Shown here one piece after another: positions 41,312-54,804 of a stretch of 64,000 nucleotides of DNA (position 1 is its first letter; the number at the start of each line of letters is the position of its first letter). The stretch comes from Eledone cirrhosa (Eukaryota). A model generated the notes under the pieces. That model searched no databases. It was not told the origin of the DNA and saw only the letters and a list, made by a program, of their open reading frames with translations. The stretch is from assembly GCA_964016885.1 (NCBI GenBank), contig OZ024740.1:169632001-169696000 (forward strand). The letters are read 5' to 3'. Made by a program: the position numbers and the translations under genes.

Positions 41312-41829
41312 ATATATGTATATGTGTGTGTGTATGTAATTGTGTATGCGTATGTACGTGTTTATGTATTTGTATATGTATATTTATGTGTGAGAGTGTG
41401 TGTATGTATTTATTTTTACTTATGTATGTGTACGTGCATTTGTGTGTATTGCTTACCACGTGTGTTTGTTCAGTTATTTGTTGCCTGTATCGCTGTCAAC
41501 ATTATAATAGTCTTTATATTCATTTTTATTTTTATTATTATATATTTCTTCTTATATTTATTTGTGTGAGTATGTAGAGGCGTTTGTATATATTTCTATT
41601 TTTGTGCATGCGTATGTATGCGTGTATATATGTGTGTATGTATGTGTATGTATGTACGTGTGTATATACGTATGATTGTGTGTATGTATGTATGTGTATG
41701 TATATGTGTATGTATATGTATGTGTATGTGTGTATATATATATATATATATGTGTGTGGTTGTATATATGTATGTGTATGTATGGACATGTTGATATTTA
41801 TGTGTGTATGTAGGTATGTGTATATGTAT

Positions 41830-42426
41830 GTTGGTGCTACTGGTAACATGTATCCCAGTACAACCTGTCTCATGGTCGAGTCGTTGGCGACTAAACTGGC
41901 AACCCCACCAAGGTTTCTTGGTGAGGAGGGTGACTTTGGACATCCTGCAGGACTAAAAACAAAACCTGTCAAAGGGCAAAGGAGCTCTTAAGAGTCAATG
42001 GCCATCCAAAATCACCGGGAGAGATGACCCCTTAGCCTTTGTCAAGGCAGAATTCTAGGAGAAGGAAAACTCTGATATAACACCTGCAACCCTGATGGTA
42101 TCCAATGATGTTGACTTGTTCTTCTTTTTGGTAAATATCATATAGGTTAAGAGAGTGGGACTGGCTTTGTGCAGTGCCTTTCCTCACTATAAAAGCTTCA
42201 CGGCACAGGCATTGCTTTATATCTGGAGATCTCTCTGCACTTGTCATCACATGGTACCATGCACCCAGCACTATGTGTCAATAATTGTCACAAGTGTAGC
42301 GTTTGTACCTACCAGAGTTTTCAAGTCGCTGGCTGGACTAAAAATTCACACTCGTTCAGCGCATCGGTAGGGGTTCTCCTACATATAAAGTAGTGACCGT
42401 ACTCGAAAACGAGTTGGCAGCCACCA
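41830..42426 (+). mobile_element. ~600-bp interspersed element, copy 3
   Basis: Reverse orientation relative to copies 1 and 2; ends gagttggcagccacca; lacks the first ~13 nt. Confidence 0.8.
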
Positions 42427-42806
42427 TGTGTATGTATATATATACACATATATGTGTGTGTGTGTATATGTGTGTGTGTATGTATGTGTGTATGTATATA
42501 TATATATATGTGTATGTATATAATTGTGTGTGTGTGTTTGCATGTGTGTTTTTATTTTATTTTTCCTTTCCTCCTTCCTTTTCCAGCCTCACTTTCATAT
42601 AGATTGCATTTTTGTTTTTAAAATCCAACGTCAATAAATATACCAGGATTTTTTCATTCTGATGATTGAAAGCAACATTTTTTTTCCTTTTAAGAAACCA
42701 CGGGTAAATGAAATAATTGCCTTATGTTGTTTATTACATAACTATTAAGCTCTGTTACCTACATAGAGCACTCTTTTTTCCTGGACTTTTCCGACGGAAT
42801 TACTTC

Positions 42807-42940
<134 letters not shown>

Positions 42941-43636
42941 TTAATTACAACAGCGACATACGCGGGTACTTAAGTTTCGTTCTGCCTGTTATATACAAAA
43001 TGATGGTTACTCCGACGGTCACAGTATCATGTCTTAACAATGGCACCACATAAATTCGTATTACGGGTAAATACGTAATAAAAGCAATTATCGAAATATA
43101 ACCATATTTTTTAGTATTACCGTGTATAAACACCATTGTGTTTTACCCATGCTATTCAAATTACGAATTAAAAAGTTACATAAAACGTTAAGTGCTTTTC
43201 TCTTATTACACTGTGATTTGCTGATTGAAGTGTCGCAATATAATCCCAATTAGCAGTTAGCAAACATTCTATGGAACGAATAAAATATTTGTTCAGCAAA
43301 ACAGCATAACAACCGGCAATTGTATAAAGAATCTTTGTAAACAACGCTTCAATCTCCTACTGGCACTTTGTAGGAGATACGATTAACAGTGATATTATTT
43401 GGCCACTTTTTGTCTCTGTCTGCTTGTCTCATGCTTCTACAGATATTTATACGAAAATACGGAAATAACATACGGAAGTATCATTCCGTGCTTTATACCA
43501 ATACCAAGTCCATCCTATATTAATGCTGACCAATCAGAATATATGGTCTTCACCATGTAGTTTGTTATTACATGTCTTCAAACAAAATAACTGACGGAAG
43601 ATTTAAACTTGTTAAACAATTTGGGCTCCGGTTCAC

Positions 43637-44029
<393 letters not shown>

Positions 44030-45172
44030 AATACATCAAGCTGCTCAAATATGGGAAATCATCAACTCGATTTAGTATTCCGCCATCCAGTGTGACAAGA
44101 TTTCCATCTTCTTTGTTTAGTGACATGTACTCTGTCTTGGTGACATTTATATGCCGAACAATTCCCCCGACGGAGAATTCGAATTTATGAAGAGGTTCAT
44201 GAACTTGATCAATGGAATTTGATATAAGAGCTGTGTCATCAGCGATATCTATATCACACATAACAGTTTGTGGGTTTAGCTTCTCTTTTGTATCAATATA
44301 AAGCCGAGATCTTCTACATTAATGATGGCTCCCCTCATAGCATATTCCAGATAGATTCCGCTATGATTAAAAAAATTTCGGTATTACCATCAGAAAAAAA
44401 AAACTTGAGCCTCCGCAGTGTATATTTATAGCAGAAACTATGGCATTAGGTATGCCACATGCAAATACGATTGACATAATCTTTCCTCTATAGATGAAGA
44501 CAAAAGCCTTTTTGAAATCAATGAAAGTTAGTACAGCTTTCAGCGTCTTTCATCTAACGCCTTCTAGTAACCGCCACAGTTTCAATATTTGTAAGACATT
44601 CGATCTATTCTGCGTGAAACCATTTTGATTTATTCTGAGTTTAGCGGTCTAGATGTGGTCGTATTGTTTAGTAGCATTAACATTCCAAACTCTGGGCTGC
44701 AATGATCACAATAGAAATGATATTGAACGCAGATCTACCATGAAAATCTAAATATCATTCTTCAGGTCATATGTTGAGACAATATTGTTGTATGAATCAG
44801 GCACATGAACTCTGACACAAGGAGTTGTAAAGAAAACAGATGGTGCATGCACTAAAATGCTTAGTGTTGTGCAAGACATAAACTGGTTTCAACGTATGAC
44901 AAATGAAATTTTATACAGAAACTTGCCCAAGATAACTACTGTTGCCCAAAGACGGTTACAATTTGAGGACATTTCTGGAAAAGTAAGCAGGAGGTTATAC
45001 ACAAGCTACTACTTTGGGATCCAACTCATTGACACGCAGTAGAGGAAAACCTGCATGAGCCTTCATCCATCAACTCTCAGACGATACAAACCGCAGTAGC
45101 GAGCAGTTGCCAGGAGCAATGGAAAACTGTGGATTGGGGAGAGACTTGGTCACAATGAACAATGATGATGAT
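44030..45172. mobile_element. Degenerate RTE-clade LINE with 5' inversion (RT on minus 44030-44680, C-terminus on plus ~44685-45172)
   Basis: Minus: QNGF...FIDFKKAF...IADDTALIS...VDDFPYLSS. Plus: FFRSYVETILLY...RRLQF...RGKP, ending in a (gat)n tail. Confidence 0.72.
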
Positions 45173-45182
45173 ATAATATAAT

Positions 45183-45256
<74 letters not shown>

Positions 45257-45559
45257 AAATTATTTCATACTTTTCGTTCTGCCTTGTTTTCGTTCGTTTA
45301 ATGGGAAGCCATTAAAAATATTTTTTGAAAGTAAAAGACATTTTCATAAAGTAACAAACGAAAGACACAGAACTTTAAAATCCTTATCCGTTGTGATAGA
45401 TTTAGGGAGTTCCGACCACTACCAAAGGCATAGCTAATCTACCACGTACTTTCCCTGGAGTGAAATACAAGACAAACAATGACTTACAACAATAACAGGT
45501 ACACACACACACACACACACATATATATGCTTATGTGTATATATATATATATATATACG

Positions 45560-45591
<32 letters not shown>

Positions 45592-46972
45592 CATACACAC
45601 ATATATATATATATACACACACACTTATATATATATATGTAAAACACTTATATCCATCCAAAAATTTAGAATGTCTCGTACAAAATATATGGTTAAGCTA
45701 TCATCCAATCTGCCAAGCATGGCCACCAGTGAACGAAGGAAATAAAAGAGAAGTATTTTAAGCGGAAAAATTCATTATATATCATTTCTTAGATAAGAAT
45801 GTATATATAACAAATTTGTCCTTTAAGTGAACTTTTCTTGAATCTCGCATAGTTTTCTATAGAAATATCTAAATCTTTGGAAGCGTGCCATCTCCAACAA
45901 ATTCAAGTGGTATGCATAATAGCATTACTCACCGTTACTATTGAAATTAACTCTGTATGTTATGTGTTCCCTTTATTTTGTTAGCTAAGTCTGTTATATG
46001 TACGTTTTCATTGTTAAACATTTATAACTATGCTGGATAGAGATTATTAAATAGAAGATGATGGCTAAGTAACGATTGGTGTTAAAATTCAGTATGATCT
46101 TGTTATGTGCCATAAGTGGAAAATAAAAAGAGTGGTTTTATGTGTTGTATCTAAATCGTTTCTGTTAAGTTGGCGGAAATCTCGTAGTAAACGACTAGAA
46201 ACACCATTAACGATTATGCTAGTTTTGTTCAAGGATTGGGTATTTTATATCAAAGAAGAAATAAGAATGTATCACTCATTTTATATTCCAAAGATTTCAG
46301 GTCCGAAAAGAAATTATCAGATAATCTTATAAAATGGTTTATGTGTCAAGAGACATCTTAAATAGAATTTACAAAAAATATTTTTTATTGAAGCTAATTC
46401 GAGTAGAGCTTTTGCAATTGTAAGTATGTGTACCTCAGTGTACGTTATCAGTACCTCAGTGTGCGTATTTGTACGTACACCACAGCCCATTAATTTGGAA
46501 TATGAACTTTCGTATTTATTGAGAACCGATTCATTTATTGAAGAAGTATATAGGATCTTAGGATAATTTGAACATGATTTCAACTTAGTTAGTTTCTTCT
46601 TTTAATCTTATCAATAAACATGTACTTGAAATTTAATTTTCCAATTGCATTCTTTCAACAGCCATAATCTTAAACTGAATTCAATATCATGAATTTAAAT
46701 TGTTGTTTTATGTAGAAAAAATATTTCAGTTTGAATTCAGTGGGAAAAATTCCATAAAAGAAAATTCTCCATTATTTAACCAAGCTTTATTTAGGATATC
46801 GTTGTGAGAAAGAAGACATAACTTATAGCCAACGGTGATATTTTATAAAAGAGATACGTAATGGCGCTTCCCACAAATTCACTAATTTATAAAATAACAC
46901 ATTTTTAATAGAATTAATTTTGAATATAAATATAAAAATCAATATTGAAAAATATAAAATATAATGACTTGC

Positions 46973-47092
46973 CTTTTGCCTTTTGCCAAATCACGGATGG
47001 GGTAGGCGTTCCTGTAGTTTTACAATTTAGTCGAACAGATTTTCCAAGAACAACAAATGAATCTTCAGGTTCTACAACCCATCGTGGTGGCA
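46973..47092 (-). CDS. Dscam: Dscam exon, Ig8 N-half (VPPRWVVEPEDSFVVLGKSVRLNCKTTGTPTPSVIWQKAK)
   Basis: tcataaag acceptor; AAG|GCAAGT non-canonical GC donor gives the phase 1 required by the next exon. Confidence 0.9.
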
Positions 47093-47535
47093 CTTTATGA
47101 AAAGCAACTCATTTATTCAAGTAAAAGTATGTAAGAGGTTATACATTATTTAAAGAAAAATTACTAATATACAACAATTAATATATAAAGATTCAACGTC
47201 CTTTTGCTAATCATTGGGCTTATTATTACAACATACAAGTAATATATCATACGTATTTTCTGAGTTTGTATAAACAAAATAATATGAAATTAGGCAAAGA
47301 TTTCATAAAATATCTATAGATCAGTTATATACTGATGCATTGCACTTCCCTAGATGTACTCCAATTCAACAAGCTACTGGCTACAAGAACCACAACCTCC
47401 GTAAAGATTTCCATCCACAATCAAGAGCACAATGAACGAGGGGCAGCTTTCTATCATCTGCTTAATAACACCAGCTGGTTTTGAAACATTTAAAATATAC
47501 TTATTACTTAAATAATAAAAAAAATCTGAACCTAC

Positions 47536-47662
47536 CATAGACCACTAGACTGGCAGTATAACTATCGTATCCAACCGAGTTGTTAGCATAGCAAGTGTAG
47601 TTACCATTATGTCGGGGGCTGACTTCCTTGATAGACAGCAAACTACTATATTGACCACTTTG
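47536..47662 (-). CDS. Dscam: Dscam exon, Ig7 C-half (QSGQYSSLLSIKEVSPRHNGNYTCYANNSVGYDSYTASLVVY)
   Basis: tgttctag acceptor, G|GTAGGT donor, phase 0 to 1, HNGNYTC motif; not in the ORF track. Confidence 0.93.
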
Positions 47663-48040
47663 CTAGAACAAAACGGAGAAAGAAACAGATTAAATTAGGT
47701 TTTTGTTTTAGTGCAAAAACAAAAGTAATAATAATTTGGATTTATTTCAATGAAGAAGGCAACAAAGAAAGAACACTATAAACATGAAATCGCTTCTCTT
47801 ATTTTCATAATTGTTACACTAAACCTTATATTCATATTCACAGTAAATATTTGAGTTCATAATTTATTCATCAATGTGATTAATTGATTTTGTTTTCACA
47901 AAGTACAGTTTCGTCTTTGAAATATAGTGTAGCATATTCGATTGTCCTTGATCAAGGAGTGTTTAATAAATAACATATATAATATATAATAAATATGCAA
48001 TATATATATAATACATAATAACTATACAATGTATATATAT

Positions 48041-48900
48041 AGTAGACGTCCCTCCTCCTTCTCCCCTGTTGACGTCAAGTCCCCCCAACACACTTGGGAT
48101 GCAATCCAGTGCAGCCTGGCCTCAGACAGGCTCACACGCCAGCTCGACCAGCACCGCCTTGCTTGTTTTCGTGCGGCCTCCAAACCCCACAGTGGTGCCT
48201 GGCTCCATGCCCTGCCCTCCTTCTCCACTGGCACGCAGCTAGACAACCATAGCCTGCGAATCGGCGTTTCTCTGAGGCTCGGCCTCCGGATCTGCCAGCC
48301 ACACCAATGTCGCTGCGGTTCCACCGTGGACTCTTTCGGCTTCCACCCGCGTTCCTGTCGCCACAGTGCCGGCCGCATTCCACACCATGCTGCCCTCAAC
48401 GAGGTCATTAAGCATGGGTTAGACGCTGCAGGCTTCCCTTCCCAGTTCGAGCCGGTGGGGATGGATCGAGGGGACGCAAAAGGCCAGATGGCATGACCAT
48501 CTCCCTGTTCTGCGGTGGCAAACCCCTCGTCTGGGATGCCATTTGCACCGATACTTTCTGCAGTCGCAACCTGGTGCAGTCTGCGACTGACCCAGGTTCT
48601 GCTGCACGTCGGGCTGAGGGGGCCAAACTCCTCAAATACCGGTCACTCTCCGACAGGTTTGCGGTCGTTCCTCTGGCAGTGGAGACTTCTGGTGTCCTCG
48701 GCCCCAGGGCTACTTCCTTACTCACCACCATAGGCGCTGAGCTGGCCAGCCGCAAGTGTGAGCCCCGCGAGTTGGAGTGGCTTTTCCAGCGCGTCTCCCT
48801 TACCATCCTCCGGGGAAACGCCTTCTCCATTCTGTCCGCCGGAGCTGTGGGTGGGCCCCATCGCGTACTAATACATTAGTTAAATACCATTCTTTCATCT
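48041..48900 (+). mobile_element. CRE-like RLE non-LTR retrotransposon 3' fragment (one frameshift near 48480)
   Basis: GAWLHALP...LRLG...CRCG..VD..G.H..SC...H..LN...EP...RPDG...VWD...AE..K..KY...PLAVET.G.LG; sharply GC-rich compared with the flanks. Confidence 0.8.
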
Positions 48901-51096
48901 GATCTATATATAATAAATAATTCAGAGACGGCCTCCGTTAGAAAAATATTAGTTAATTTATTGCTTAATGTCCAGACAACCGTCTCCCAATTTTTCTTAT
49001 CTAGCTTGCTCAAGTCTAATATTATTTACATTTCTTCCTATTTATGTAGTTCCTGTAAGGCCTTTTTACAGTTTCTGTGATAAATTCACACATTCAGCCT
49101 TAATTCGCCAGTCATTTTCCACCATCAATTGTTATTAATTCGCACCGCACTCTTATGTGACGTGGATTCTGAAATGTGAAAAACTGAACGCCGAACATTG
49201 ATGGAACTTCCTCCGGTTTCGATAATAAGATATTCGGTCGTTCGATCAATGGAACACCTAACTCCTGTATTGACATGTAATTGGTAGATTATTTCTCAAA
49301 TACATGTACCCTTAATGTAATTATCATGCGGAATCAACATGACTAGATAGGACCTTGTAATTTCAAGTGGAACATATTTTACGGCTTCACAGAGTTTCCG
49401 TCTATCCAATTTCTTTTACCCTATAGTTTGGGTTGATCCGAGGCTATGGTAGACCTGCCAATCTCTAATAACCCAAACGGGGAGTACCATGAAAAGAACT
49501 GCCCCAAAACGAGGATAAATGAGGCAAAATGGGGAGTTTTGACATAATAAAAACTAAATCCATTTTCACAATAGAAGACATCTTTCACCCACCCCAAAGT
49601 AGCTGGCAGATCTCCCCGTCCGACGAGTAGAGTTGACAAATCAGCTATGGTACATGAAACTGTCTCACCCACTGTGAGGTGAAATCAGTAATCATGATTA
49701 CGAAGCGAACTTCTTAACTACATAGTCCAGTCTTTGTCTACATCATCCTTACGGGTTAGGTAAACTAAAGCACCGGTAATGCACTGGGATAATTGTTGGC
49801 CTTGTGCCCAAAGTAGAAACAATTATTTATGCTGCAACCACACCACTACCATTGACACCAGAACTATAATACACATCGTTTATGAATTAAATATGTTTGT
49901 AGTAGTAGTAGTAGTTGGATTAGTAGTAGTAGTAGTAGTAGTTTATGATGATTCTCATGAGTAGCCGGAGCAGGGCGGTGGAATCGCTGAATCGGCAGAA
50001 TCTCGGAATTAATACTTTATGGTATTTGCTTCGGCTATATACGTACTGGATCGATATTATACAGTATCAGTAAAATACTGGAGGTGATACATACGACATT
50101 CCCCACCCCTCAAAATTGCTGGCTTTGTGCCAAAAATTAAAAATCTTTATATTTAGTAGTAGTCTTCGTATTATTATTATTGTATTAGTCTATTTACAGT
50201 CCGATTGCAAATCCTTCCTAGTTTAGCAAAATACAGTGTCGGTCAAAAACTGAGGTTATTGTAACCAGCTTTACCGCTTCCACACATTTGTTGAACTTGT
50301 GCCTAAATTAGACATAATAATTATCATAAGTAAGGGCGGTGAATTGTTAGAATTATGTTTTGCAGTACATGCTTCGATCATTAAATTAAAACCTCTCCGA
50401 AATCAGCTCTGTCTTCCATCTTTCTGGTGTCGATAATGAAAGTACCAGTCAAATATTGAGGTCTATATTTTCAATCTCTTCCCTTAACGCCTTGGAGCCT
50501 ATGTAAGATATATTCATCATCGTACTTAAACACCAATGAAATATCTGGCAACCATCAAGACTAGATTGCATGATAATTTGCAATAGATGATGTTACACCC
50601 CCATATATATATATATATATATATATAAATTAATAAAAACAATGAATAAAAACAAAGAAACAGTTCCTTATATTAAAAAAATTCATCATTTTACGATCGT
50701 TTCTAGGATATATATGTGTGTGTTGGTATGTATATCATATAGATCTATGTAAAAGTTTTACAAACTATCAGAGGGAATATACATACCTACACATATATAT
50801 GCTGTCTTCAGAAAACAATCTTATTATCCATCTATATATATATATACTATAGAGTAAAGCATGTCCAGAGAATTATTTGATAATATATATACATCATCTC
50901 TACTCCCAATCAGCATAATTAACCACACAAAAAATCAATTAGACCAGGCTATACGAATAAAAGGCATCTGCAAAAAACAGTAAATAAATACGCCACTGCG
51001 GCGTCTTCGCGCACAACCGCTATAGAATATTTACCCAACATTTCAACAGCACGTGGAAATTAATTACATATACGGTCAACCATACATAATTAGGTA

Positions 51097-51149
<53 letters not shown>

Positions 51150-51156
<7 letters not shown>

Positions 51157-52450
51157 GATGTAAATTAAAAAAATTATAAAAATTAACTTACTTACTAAAA
51201 TTTCACTCCAACTAATTAGTTTCTGAAAGGGAATAAACATGCTTTCCGAATGGAACTCATGGAGAATGCCTTTCGTCATCAGGAAGTCAATTCTCAGCTA
51301 AGTTCACAGGCGATGCGTGGACACAGGGAACTTATACAAAAATAATTCAGCGGATGGAAAAAAGCAAGCGTGGACTAAATTCCAAGACACTGAAAAATTT
51401 CACTGCCTACTTGGTCGGTGGCAAATTCAAAAGAATCAATCACGTGACATCGAGGTTAATCAGTGAGGAGTGGGGTGTTAAGAAGACAGTAGCCGAACTA
51501 TTACTATGAACTATTGTAGCAGTTTTGACAAATTTTTGCTCAACAAAATAATTTGGAGATAATTATAAAGAATTAGCATATCTACCAACATATATATACA
51601 GATGCATACCTATGCTAGCAAATATATAGGTTTTGACTTAGTAACTTTGTGGTTCAATGCAAGGGGATGCAGAACAATAATATGAAAGACGTAAAATAAG
51701 AAAATTATAAAAATTAACTTACTTACAAAAATTTCACTCCAACTAATTAGTTTCTGAAAGGGAATAAACATGGTTTCCGAGTGGAACACATGAAGAATGC
51801 CTTTCGTCATCAGGAAGTCAATTCTTAGCTAAGTTTCCAGGCGATGCGTGGACACAGGGAACTTATGCAAAAATAATTCAGTGGATGGGCAAAAGCAAGC
51901 GTGGACTAAATTCCAAGACACTGAAAAAATCATTATTTTGTTGAGCAAAAGTTTGCCAAAACTGCTACTATATTTCATAGTAATAGTTCGGCTACTTTCT
52001 TCTTAACACCCCACTTCTCACTGATTAACCTCGATGTCACGTGATTGATTCTTTTGAATTTGCCACCGACCAAGTAGGCAGTGATTTTTTCAGTGTCTTG
52101 GAATTTAGTCCACGTTTGCTTTTTTCCATCCACTGAATTATTTTTGTATAAGTTCCCTGTGTCCACCCATCGCCTGGGAACTTAGCTGAGAATTGACTTC
52201 CTGATGACGAAATGCATTCTCCATGTGTTCCATTCGGAAAGCATGTTTATTCCCTTTCAGAAACTAATTAGTTGGAGTGAAAATTTAGTAAGTAAGTTAA
52301 TTTTTATAATTTTCTTATTTTACGTCTTTCATATAATTGTTCTGCATCTCCTTGCATTGAACCACAACGTTACTAAGACAAAACCTATATATTTGCTAGC
52401 ATAGGTATGCATCTGTATATATATGTTGATAGATATACTAATTCTTTATA
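51150..52450. repeat. ~531-bp unit present ~1.5x in tandem (51150-51932) then once inverted (51933-52450)
   Basis: tttcgtcatcagg recurs at 51271 and 51802, with the reverse complement at ~52200; (TA)n on both flanks. Confidence 0.92.
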
Positions 52451-52582
52451 TATATATAATATAATATATATATATATATAATATATAGTAATAATAATAA
52501 ATTTGAAGACTAAAATCCAAAGGGTGAAAGCACCGATTCTTTGCTTAAACTGTAATCTGTTATTTTAATAAATATATATATA

Positions 52583-52659
<77 letters not shown>

Positions 52660-52721
52660 GTAGCACACTGGTGAGTTATATCCGTAGTGGTAGAGCACTC
52701 AATCCTTGGGACGAGTTTGGT

Positions 52722-52842
52722 AGAAGTAGTTCCACAACAGTTAGTTCACCATAGCGAGAACAATTGTTTCACCTTATGCCGATCAGCTCGGAATAAGGTG
52801 AAACAATTGTTCTCGGTATGGTGAACTAACTGTTGTGGAACT

Positions 52843-52848
<6 letters not shown>
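52722..52848. repeat. 127-bp palindrome
   Basis: agaagtagttccacaacag...ccga-tcagc-tcgg...ctgttgtggaactacttct. Confidence 0.92.
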
Positions 52849-52941
<93 letters not shown>

Positions 52942-53029
52942 ATAATAATAAATTTGATGACTAAAATCCAAAGAGGGATCGATAAGGATAAATATATATC
53001 AAATATGTAAGAACTGTAGAGCAAATATT

Positions 53030-53273
53030 TATTAAAATAACAGATTAAAGTTTAAGCAAAGAATCGCTGCTTTCACCCTTAACGGGATCTTCTGAAACTA
53101 AAAAAAATCAATCTGTGAACGCAGCAGTAAACCAAAGTCTTCCTGACTTCCTTAGGTTGCAACGCTTTTCGAAATATTTACTTCTGTGTTCACTGATTTT
53201 TTTAGTTTCAGAAAATCCCGTTAAGGGTGAAAGCAACGATTCTTTGCTTAAATTTTAATCTGTTATTTTAATA
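53030..53273. repeat. Inverted repeat (~100-bp arms); deleted sibling at ~52490-52572
   Basis: tattaaaataacagatt...gctttcacccttaacggga versus tcccgttaagggtgaaagc...aatctgttattttaata. Confidence 0.88.
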
Positions 53274-53421
53274 TATATATATATATATAAATGTAATCTG
53301 AGTTTTTCGAATATTAACAGTAACATTCGATTCGTTTGCAATTATGCAAACAAGCCTAATTTTTATAGCCATGTCAGTAGAATGAACACTTCATTCTTGC
53401 TCTTGTGTTGTCATGCAAACA

Positions 53422-53471
53422 GAACTGCAGACACTAATGTTTCTTGGTATCACCCTTCATCAGTACAGCTC
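53422..53471 (-). ncRNA. Type I hammerhead ribozyme candidate on the Dscam pre-mRNA strand
   Basis: gagctgta-CTGATGA-agggtgataccaa-GAAA-cattagtg-TC-tgcagttc; core intact, stem II weaker. Confidence 0.6.
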
Positions 53472-53648
53472 ACTGTTCACCTGCCAAACTGTCAGAGCTA
53501 GTGAAAATATAAGCTATTTTCAAAAATACACAGTGACTAATCGGCCTAATTTGCATATTAGCAGACTGGCTGATCAGTCAGATCTGCAGATTAGCAGATC
53601 CACAGATCAGCCAGATTTGCATATCAGCAGACTGGCCAGGTGAACAGT

Positions 53649-53698
53649 GAGCTGTACTGATGAAGGGTGATTCCCAGAAACATTAGTGTCTGCAGTTT
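53649..53698 (+). ncRNA. Type I hammerhead ribozyme candidate
   Basis: gagctgta-CTGATGA-a-ggg-tgatt-ccc-a-GAAA-cattagtg-TC-tgcagttt: 8-bp stem I including G-U pairs, full core, GUC triplet, near-palindromic stem III. Confidence 0.7.
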
Positions 53699-54804
53699 TG
53701 TTCGCATGCCAACACAAGAGCAAGAATGAAGTGTTCATTCTACTGACATGGCTATAAAATTGAGGCTTGTTTGCAAAATTCGAAAAACTCAGAATAGATT
53801 TATTGTATTCAGCCATGTAGAGCGAAATCTTCTTTTTTATATATATATATTATAGAAATTGCTTCTATATTATACTCTGTATTGAGTACCTTACTTACTG
53901 AGGTTACTCCTGATTGGACCCGGGATAAACTTACACACACACACACTCACACACACACACACACATATATATATATGTATACACGTGACTTATTTTCTAA
54001 ATTAAAAGGGGCTGGAGGGTTTCAAGAATTGCACATTGACTCTTACATTTAAAGGAAAAAACGATCAGTAATACCATTTTAAAATGACCAAGAAATGTAT
54101 CGCCAAATATCAGGATAACATTTTCATCGACTTGTCTGTAGTGGTTAACGCAATGGTTAATGTAGAAGGAATGCAGAGATGTTAACTTTACGAGCGCTTA
54201 ATTGCAGCCATGGAATTATATTCTTACACAAGCAACGCACTTGGGGATTGAATATCTCATATATCACCATAAATACGATAGTATCAGTTACATACTTTTA
54301 AACGTCAAGCTTCTGCTAATGGAGCAGAGATGGCAGCAATAGTTACATATGATGAGAATATATTTGTTTGTTGTTGCTGTTTTAGCCCCAGGTCCGCTTG
54401 ATCAAACCTATGTATTATCAAAGTTATTCAAGGCGTGCCCATAAATGATATCCTAACTGCATTACGGGAGAGATCGATATGATTGCATTATTCAATGTGT
54501 TATTTTTTTCTCTGGACAATACAGTGTGACCTAAGAGATATTTGGTTGCTATTTCTAGCATTTCGCGTGGCTCTATAGAGGCTCTTTCATTGATTTGTCT
54601 GAACGTGCGCATAATGCGTGTCCTATACATTAAGGCACAGAGCATAATTATTTTATAGCACCTTTTTCATCATTATGTTCATGGATATTTTCATTATATA
54701 TTCATCGAGTTATACATCATCAAAAGCTTGATTTTTTATCATGATCAATTTATTCAATGTTATATTTTGTTCACATCATCCTTCACTTTCATCATTACAA
54801 TAAC

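Larger units (their letters stand above)
53297..53793. repeat. Inverted repeat (core arms 53347-53483 and 53637-53775) with a hammerhead motif in each arm
   Basis: Arms are reverse complements; ~150-bp spacer with short direct repeats. Confidence 0.92.

Noticed and set aside
46963-46968. GT donor alternative for the Ig8 N-half exon
   Set aside because: Phase 2 and weak consensus; it would frameshift against the exon starting at 20802
51076-52404. Three similar 66-67 aa ORFs (MTKGILH...)
   Set aside because: They arise from the 531-bp repeat unit; the ATG is part of the CTGATGA motif
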